A stretch of 64,000 nucleotides of DNA from an uncultured bacterium (GTDB lineage: Bacteria > Desulfobacterota > Deferrimicrobia > J040), in the NCBI GenBank assembly GCA_964429585.1, contig CAYSCN010000009.1:3816-67815 (forward strand), given 5' to 3'. Position 1 is the stretch's first letter, and every line of letters begins with the position of its first letter. A program made the translations under genes and the position numbers. This document shows, piece by piece, positions 58,327 to 64,000 of the stretch. Under the pieces are notes generated by a model. It did not search any database and was not told the DNA's origin. It was given only the letters and a program-made list of their open reading frames with translations.

Positions 58327-58514
58327 TCAAGCACGAAGCACTAAATTCGAAACCCTACAAATCCGCCAATTCAAAATACAAATGTCCCAAACATATCCGG
58401 AGAAATGGTCTGTGGTTGAGTAGTTGCGTAGTTGGGTGGTGGGGTGTTGTTTCTCGCAACCACGATAACCACGCAACCACGCATCCACGAACCCTCGGCG
58501 GCTCGGTGGTTCGA
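58327..58514. repeat. Modular repeat locus 8 (B arm, A hairpin 58407-58493, C arm)
   Basis: AAGCACG AAGCACT AAATTCG...AAATGTCCCAAAC, octamer hairpin, CTCGGCGG CTCGGTGG TTCG; shares the 39-nt core with loci 4 and 6. Confidence 0.85.
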
Positions 58515-58516
58515 AT

Positions 58517-59323
58517 CTACCTGAATATTCCCCTCGCCAAAGTCGCCCCCACGAATATCCCGCACGAGGCGAGAACTATGCTCGCTCCGGTGGATGCGTT
58601 GGCGAGGAGCGAGAGGTACGTTCCAAAAAGTCCGGATGCCAGGCTGAATAGGATCGATAGGTAGAACATGCGTGTCATGGAGCGACTCACGACTCTCGCC
58701 GAGGCTGCAGGGACTATCAGGATTGCGGAAACCAGGAGAATCCCCACGCTCTTTATCGATACTGTTACCACCAGCGCGAGGAAGAAGGAGAAAGCGTATT
58801 TCAGAAGCTGGAGATTTTTCACACTCGTTTCGGCGTAGCTTTCATCGACCCCGATAAGTACCAGGTTATCGAAATTAGAAACCAGAAAGGCGAGGATGAC
58901 CGCGAACAGGATTGCCGTGATGAGCAGGTCCTTTGGACCCACCAGGAGAATGTCACCGTAAAGAAAGGAACGGAAGTTAGCGAATATGTTCTTTGTGGAC
59001 GAGACCAGAAAAATTCCTATCGATACGGAGAATGCGAAGATGACACCTATTATCGTGTCGTAGGACGCGCCGGTCCTTTTTCCCAGAAAGATCACGAGAA
59101 GTCCCATCAGGATTCCGAAGGCGATGATGGTCACCAGGGGGTCGATTCCCAGCAAAAGGCCCAGCGCAACGCCTGTGAAGGCGGAGTGGGAAATGGCATC
59201 GCTGAAAAAAGCCATCCTGTAATTGACCACGAACGGTCCCAGCATGCCGCACAGAAGACAGATAAGGAGTATTTCAGCCAGGGGGAACTTGAGCAGCTCG
59301 AATATTCCCGGATCCAGGTTCAA
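58517..59323 (-). CDS. Zn/Mn ABC transporter permease (ZnuB-like)
   Basis: MAFFSDAISHSAFTGVALG, FLYGDIL, VGILLVSAILIVPA. Confidence 0.9.
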   Translation of the reverse strand: MNLDPGIFELLKFPLAEILLICLLCGMLGPFVVNYRMAFFSDAISHSAFTGVALGLLLGIDPLVTIIAFGILMGLLVIFLGKRTGASYDTIIGVIFAFSVSIGIFLVSSTKNIFANFRSFLYGDILLVGPKDLLITAILFAVILAFLVSNFDNLVLIGVDESYAETSVKNLQLLKYAFSFFLALVVTVSIKSVGILLVSAILIVPAASARVVSRSMTRMFYLSILFSLASGLFGTYLSLLANASTGASIVLASCGIFVGATLARGIFR

Positions 59324-60108
59324 GACTCTGACCCCTCCTTTCCGTTTTTTCCCCCGTGCCTGCAGACTGAATCGTGTTCATCTCCGTGGAGGTAGAGCGA
59401 TGAGTGAGGGCCAAAGAGGGAAAGAAGGTTTTCCCTGCTCATGATTTCCACCGGGAGCCCTGAGCATTTGATGGTTTTGTCGAGGCATATGACGCTGTCG
59501 GCGTGTCTCGTGACGACGGAGAGGTCGTGAGATACGAGAACTATCGTTTTCCCGGTGGCTTTCTGTATGTCTTCAAGCAGCTCGCAGAAGAGTTCCTCGC
59601 CGGCTATGTCGATACCCGAGGCTGGTTCATCGAGCAGCAGGACCTCGGGCTTGTCTGAGAGCGATCTGGCGAGAAGAACTCTTTGAAGTTCTCCTCCCGA
59701 CAGTTCTGCCAGTGTCTTGTCTATGAGGTGTTCACCCCTGACCCGGTAGAGAAGGCTTTCGAGCTGTTTTCTCCTCTTTCTTCCTGTTCCCAGCAGAATC
59801 GGCTTCCCCGTTCCCAGAGACAGGAATTCGCAAACCGAAAGGGGCGTGCCTGGCTCGATTGCCAGATGCTGGGGGACGTATCCTATTTTGGGGTCGTTCA
59901 CTTCCGTTCCTGCGGGAGTCAGAATTTTTATCTTTCCCCGATAGGGGATCGTTCCCATGATGCACTTGAGGAGGGTTGTCTTTCCGGCGCCGTTTGGGCC
60001 GATTATGGCGGTGAGTTTCCCGGATTCTATGGTGACGTTCACGTCCTCGAGAATGGTCTTTCCGCTGAGCGAGACGGAGAGATTTTCGATTTTTATCGTG
60101 TAGCTCAT
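59320..60108 (-). CDS. Zn/Mn ABC transporter ATP-binding protein (ZnuC-like)
   Basis: GPNGAGKTT, IGYVPQ, LSGGELQR, LLDEP, VSHDL; His/Cys-rich tail. Confidence 0.9.
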   Translation of the reverse strand: MSYTIKIENLSVSLSGKTILEDVNVTIESGKLTAIIGPNGAGKTTLLKCIMGTIPYRGKIKILTPAGTEVNDPKIGYVPQHLAIEPGTPLSVCEFLSLGTGKPILLGTGRKRRKQLESLLYRVRGEHLIDKTLAELSGGELQRVLLARSLSDKPEVLLLDEPASGIDIAGEELFCELLEDIQKATGKTIVLVSHDLSVVTRHADSVICLDKTIKCSGLPVEIMSRENLLSLFGPHSSLYLHGDEHDSVCRHGGKNGKEGSES

Positions 60109-61013
60109 GGTTTTCTCATTTTAATAGGCCCTGTGATTTTTTCCACGATTTTGACGAGCCACTCGGCGTATTCCCACCCTTTTTCGAACTGTGGCGGCAG
60201 AACGCTGATCGTTACAAGGGGAGAGTTAAGAATAGTAGCGATCTTCTCCATTGTCTTTTTCCCGGATCGGGTTTCGGCTATTACCACGAGTCTGCCGTCG
60301 AATTTTTTTCCCCTGTTTATCACGGAGAACAGGTCTCTGGGAGAAGGTGGGACACCGTGCCGTTTCTGGGCGTGTCCCACCACCGTTATTCCGAACCTCT
60401 TGCAAAACCCGTCTAGTCCGTCGTGGTAGGTGATTACTCCAAGTTTGCCGACGCCAGAGAGAATTTCTTCTATCTTCCTCTCCACCTTGCGCAGGGCCTC
60501 CTGGAAATTCGAGAGATTAAGGGAGATTTTTTTCTTTTCCCCGGGGAAGAGACCGGTTAGTTCATCGGCTATTGTCTCGAGTTCCAGGGAAACCGATTCC
60601 GGATTCAGCCAGGTGTGGGGGGTTACCTGACCTTTGTCAGTTGTCGAGTCGAACAGCTCGTCGAACGTGAATACGAAAGGGGCGTTTCTGTTTACGTTCC
60701 TCAATCGACTGATTTCTATCAAATTTTCGACTTTTCCGTTTCCCAGCACGAGTTTTGCCCTTTTAAGCAGGGAGAGGGTGGATGGGGTAAGGGAGAAGGC
60801 GTGGGGGTCGCTGCCTGGAGGAATCAGGGTTTTCACTTCTACGCCGGGAACTCCCTCGAGCAGGATTTTCGCGTACGAGGCGTAAGGGGTGAGAGTGGCC
60901 AGAATCAGGGTCCTGTCTGCTGCTTTCGCCTGGAGAATCCCTGTGCTTGAGAAGAGAAAAAAAACGAAGCACGCTGCTTTGGCCAAATGCCGTGGCTTTT
61001 TTTTATGTTTCAT
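60105..61013 (-). CDS. Zn/Mn ABC transporter substrate-binding protein (ZnuA-like)
   Basis: Signal peptide; PPGSDPHAF, PHTWLNP, TYHDG. Confidence 0.85.
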   Translation of the reverse strand: MKHKKKPRHLAKAACFVFFLFSSTGILQAKAADRTLILATLTPYASYAKILLEGVPGVEVKTLIPPGSDPHAFSLTPSTLSLLKRAKLVLGNGKVENLIEISRLRNVNRNAPFVFTFDELFDSTTDKGQVTPHTWLNPESVSLELETIADELTGLFPGEKKKISLNLSNFQEALRKVERKIEEILSGVGKLGVITYHDGLDGFCKRFGITVVGHAQKRHGVPPSPRDLFSVINRGKKFDGRLVVIAETRSGKKTMEKIATILNSPLVTISVLPPQFEKGWEYAEWLVKIVEKITGPIKMRKP

Positions 61014-64000
61014 GACCTCTGCGAGACGAGTTCGAGAAGTATTCCGATGAGCTCGTCGCTTCTCACGGGTTTTGGTATTATTCTGTCGACTCCGTGGAGG
61101 GATGCATGGGAGGCCTCAATGAAGCTTCCCCAGCCAGTCAGCATGATTACGGGGATTTTTCTGTCGAGCATCTTCGTCTTTCTCGCGATTTCGAATCCGT
61201 TCACAGCGGGCATTCCCAGATCCGTGATGACGACTTTCTTCTTTGTGTTTTTGTCCTTCTTCAGGGAATTTTCCACTGATTCCAGACCCGTTTCGGGATC
61301 TCCGAAGGCGTGGACGACGCAACCTCTTGCCCGGAGTATTTCTTCGAGGGATGCTCTTATGCCGTCGTCGTCCTCGAACAGGAATACTTCCACTCCCGAG
61401 AGGCTTCCCGCCGAGGTGGCGACATCCTGTTTCTCCTGGTGAGTCGTTTCTCTCGCGACGGGGAACGTGATTGTGAAAGTGGTCCCCTTGCCGGGTTCGG
61501 AGTCTATTTCGATGGTTCCCCCGTGTCGCGTGATTATCCCGTAGACCGTGGACAGGCCAAGCCCCGTTCCCCGGTCTCCCTTGGTGCTGAAGAAGGGTTC
61601 GAACGCCCTCTGCCTGACTTCCTCGGACATTCCTGTGCCCGTATCGGAGAACTCCACCCGCACGGAGTTGTAGACGCTGGATGTCTTGATCGTGATCTCT
61701 CCCCCATCGGGCATCGCGTCGACGGCGTTTATTATCAGGTTGATGAAAGCGTCCTTCAGTTCGCCCTCGTTGCCCTCGATCATCCTCAGGTTTTTATCCA
61801 GGTTGAGCGTGACCCTGTTGTGGATTCCACGGGATTCTGCCATGTTTTTCCACCTGGGGGAGGTTATCTCCACGGATTCCCGTATGACGCTGTTCAGGTT
61901 CACGGGTTTGAACCCGTGGGCGTCTCTCTTGTAGAAGGTTTTCAGTTTATCGACCGTGTTGGAGCCCTTGATGGCGGCGTTTTCTATGACGTCCAGCTCT
62001 TTCAGAATCTCCTCGTCTTTCACTTTCATTTTCAAGAGTTCCGTTCTCATCGATATGGCGGTCAGGATGTTGTTGAAGTCGTGGGCGATTCCCGAGGCGA
62101 GCTTGCCAAGGGCTGTGAGTTTCTCGGCCTGCCTCAGGTGCTCTTCCATCTTCTTAACCTGCGAGACGTCTTTGGATATGCCCACCGTTCCCGCTTTGTT
62201 CCCGTTTTCGTCGTACAGGGTTGCGACGGAGATGAGGACGTCCACGAGGGTTCCATCCTTTTTCTTCAACCTGCTGTTGAAGTTCCTGATCCGTCCACCG
62301 TTCTTACGCATTGCTTCTCCCACTCTCCGGGCCTCTTCCAGTGAGGGGTAGACCAAAGCAACGTGCCTGCCCACCAGCTCTTCTTCCGTGTATCCGAGAA
62401 GCTCCTGGGCTCCCCTGTTCAGAAAGACGATGTTGCCCCTGGCGTCTGCGGATATGATGCAGTCTGGAGATGAGTCGAGGAGCGTTTCCAGGTAGTCGGA
62501 CGTCTCCTTGGCTTTTTTCAGGCTCTCGCTCAGTTTTTTCTCTATTTCTCTCTCTTTTGTTATGTCGTGTATCAGGTGGACGGTTTTCTCTACTTCACCC
62601 GCTTCATTCAGGATGGGCGAGACCTTCACGCGAAAAACGCCGGGAACCTGGAAATTCTCGTAGAACGACTCGACGGGTTTTTTTTCCCTCATACACTTTT
62701 TGTGTTCGCACTCGAGGGAGGGGTATTTGTCGCACCCGAAAAGCTCGTAGCACTTCTTTCCTATGGTTTCTTCCCGGGAAAGTCTGTGTCTCACCAGAAA
62801 TATCTCGTTGCAGTTGACGATGTGAAAGTCCTTGTCGAGTATGAAGATCATGTCCGAAATGGAGTTGAAGGTGTGCTCCCACTCGTTTCTGCTCTTGAGC
62901 ACGTTCATGAACATGGTAGCGTTGTGGATTGTGCTGCCCAGCTGCGAGGCCACGGCTGCTCCCATTTCCACGTCGGGTGGAGTGAACTTTCTCTCCGGAT
63001 TCGATTGGACCATTACTATGAGGCCCACTGACTCGCCGTGCTGAACGACGGGAAGGAGCAGTATGTGCTCCGCTGAAAACTCCTTTAGGGTTTTCCTTTC
63101 GTGAGGCGTCAGGTTGTGGTTTGTGGCGTGATTGAGTAGAAGGGGTTTTTTGGTTATTAGAGGCCTGGACAAGTTCGGGTAATCCTGAACCCTGAAGACG
63201 CGTCCTCTCCTCACGAAAGGTTCTTTTTCCGTGGAGCTGAAAAGGAGCACTCCTTCGTCGCTTTTTTCCACTTTGAGTATTATTCCGCAGCGCGAGATCC
63301 TGAAGAATTCCCGTATTTCCCTCACCAGGAGCCTCATGGCGTGGTTCACGTCGAGAGTGGATGACACCAGCGTGCTGAGTTTCAGGAGCCAGGAAATTCT
63401 CCTTTTTTCCTCGAGCAACTCTCCCATCGTATTGAACAGGCTCGCCTTGTTCAGCTGGCTTTCCACCGCCACGGAAGCCAGCTCCGAGAACGGGTTGATC
63501 ATCCGGGTGAGTTTTTTGAAATATTCTTCATCCAGTGGTTCGAACAGGTGGGCTATGAAGTTGACATCCTTCCCGAAAGGATAGATGGGGATTACGATGA
63601 GTTTTTCGAGCCCCAGTGACCCGAGGAGAGGGAGAAGCGTCTTTTCGAGCTTTTTCTGATAGAAGGTGAAGCCAAAATGCCAGTCCTTCGAGAAGGTTCC
63701 GTTCACCTGAATGGGTACGTTCTTCAACGACTCCAGGGTGTGGATTTTCTCACGGAGCTCTGGGGTTCCCATGACTTCTTCAAGCTTGAGGAATTCGTCC
63801 TCTTTCCGGTAGAGGAGGGTTAACCTGCTCTCGAAGAGGGATGCGGATACCTCGGCGATCTTGTTCACGGTTTCCCTGAGCTCCTTCCTCGCGAAGGAGG
63901 GCGTCGTGGAAGACATCCCGAGAAAGATGGTGTGATTTTTCTCCATTTCCCTTAGTTTGCTGGAGAGAATGGCCTTTTCAAGGTAGGCGGAAATCACCTC
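61010..64000 (-). CDS. Hybrid sensor kinase (GAF-PAS-PAS-HisKA-HATPase-REC), 5' end probably outside the window
   Basis: GIAHDFNNIL H-box, DTGTGM, GTGLGL, C-terminal receiver TDLGMP; frame open to the window edge. Confidence 0.9.
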   Translation of the reverse strand, partial: EVISAYLEKAILSSKLREMEKNHTIFLGMSSTTPSFARKELRETVNKIAEVSASLFESRLTLLYRKEDEFLKLEEVMGTPELREKIHTLESLKNVPIQVNGTFSKDWHFGFTFYQKKLEKTLLPLLGSLGLEKLIVIPIYPFGKDVNFIAHLFEPLDEEYFKKLTRMINPFSELASVAVESQLNKASLFNTMGELLEEKRRISWLLKLSTLVSSTLDVNHAMRLLVREIREFFRISRCGIILKVEKSDEGVLLFSSTEKEPFVRRGRVFRVQDYPNLSRPLITKKPLLLNHATNHNLTPHERKTLKEFSAEHILLLPVVQHGESVGLIVMVQSNPERKFTPPDVEMGAAVASQLGSTIHNATMFMNVLKSRNEWEHTFNSISDMIFILDKDFHIVNCNEIFLVRHRLSREETIGKKCYELFGCDKYPSLECEHKKCMREKKPVESFYENFQVPGVFRVKVSPILNEAGEVEKTVHLIHDITKEREIEKKLSESLKKAKETSDYLETLLDSSPDCIISADARGNIVFLNRGAQELLGYTEEELVGRHVALVYPSLEEARRVGEAMRKNGGRIRNFNSRLKKKDGTLVDVLISVATLYDENGNKAGTVGISKDVSQVKKMEEHLRQAEKLTALGKLASGIAHDFNNILTAISMRTELLKMKVKDEEILKELDVIENAAIKGSNTVDKLKTFYKRDAHGFKPVNLNSVIRESVEITSPRWKNMAESRGIHNRVTLNLDKNLRMIEGNEGELKDAFINLIINAVDAMPDGGEITIKTSSVYNSVRVEFSDTGTGMSEEVRQRAFEPFFSTKGDRGTGLGLSTVYGIITRHGGTIEIDSEPGKGTTFTITFPVARETTHQEKQDVATSAGSLSGVEVFLFEDDDGIRASLEEILRARGCVVHAFGDPETGLESVENSLKKDKNTKKKVVITDLGMPAVNGFEIARKTKMLDRKIPVIMLTGWGSFIEASHASLHGVDRIIPKPVRSDELIGILLELVSQRS

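Noticed and set aside
25636-58514. CRISPR array interpretation of the intergenic repeats
   Set aside because: There are no identical 23-47 bp direct repeats with unique spacers at regular spacing and no cas genes; the units are degenerate 7-8-mers arranged as palindromes

Overview
Gene-dense bacterial chromosomal segment of moderate GC. Gene content (glnB-glnA with a sigma-54-type promoter, multiheme cytochrome c, tol-pal, OmpJ-like porin) suggests a deltaproteobacteria-like Gram-negative organism; this is an inference. About 64 CDS are mostly housekeeping or signalling genes: hisC (partial), polX-PHP, a binding-protein/histidine kinase/HD-GYP module, an MshA-like glycosyltransferase converging on ino1, malic enzyme, plsY, lemA, glnBA, msrA, tadA, tolQRAB-pal-cpoB, phoH-like, tsaD, rsmA, panBCD, smpB, peroxiredoxin, def, znuABC-like genes and a hybrid kinase (partial). 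I saw no rRNA, tRNA, CRISPR array, transposase or integrase. The most unusual signal is non-coding. Eight intergenic gaps between 25.6 and 58.5 kb hold a dispersed family of modular, sometimes nested palindromes built from degenerate 7-mer and 8-mer periodic repeats. Three loci share a near-identical 39-nt core, and one locus also carries a GTAG-type REP doublet. Other points of note are a pan-type attenuator before panB, tandem NtrC-like sites before glnBA, and an out-of-frame start in an NYN nuclease gene.
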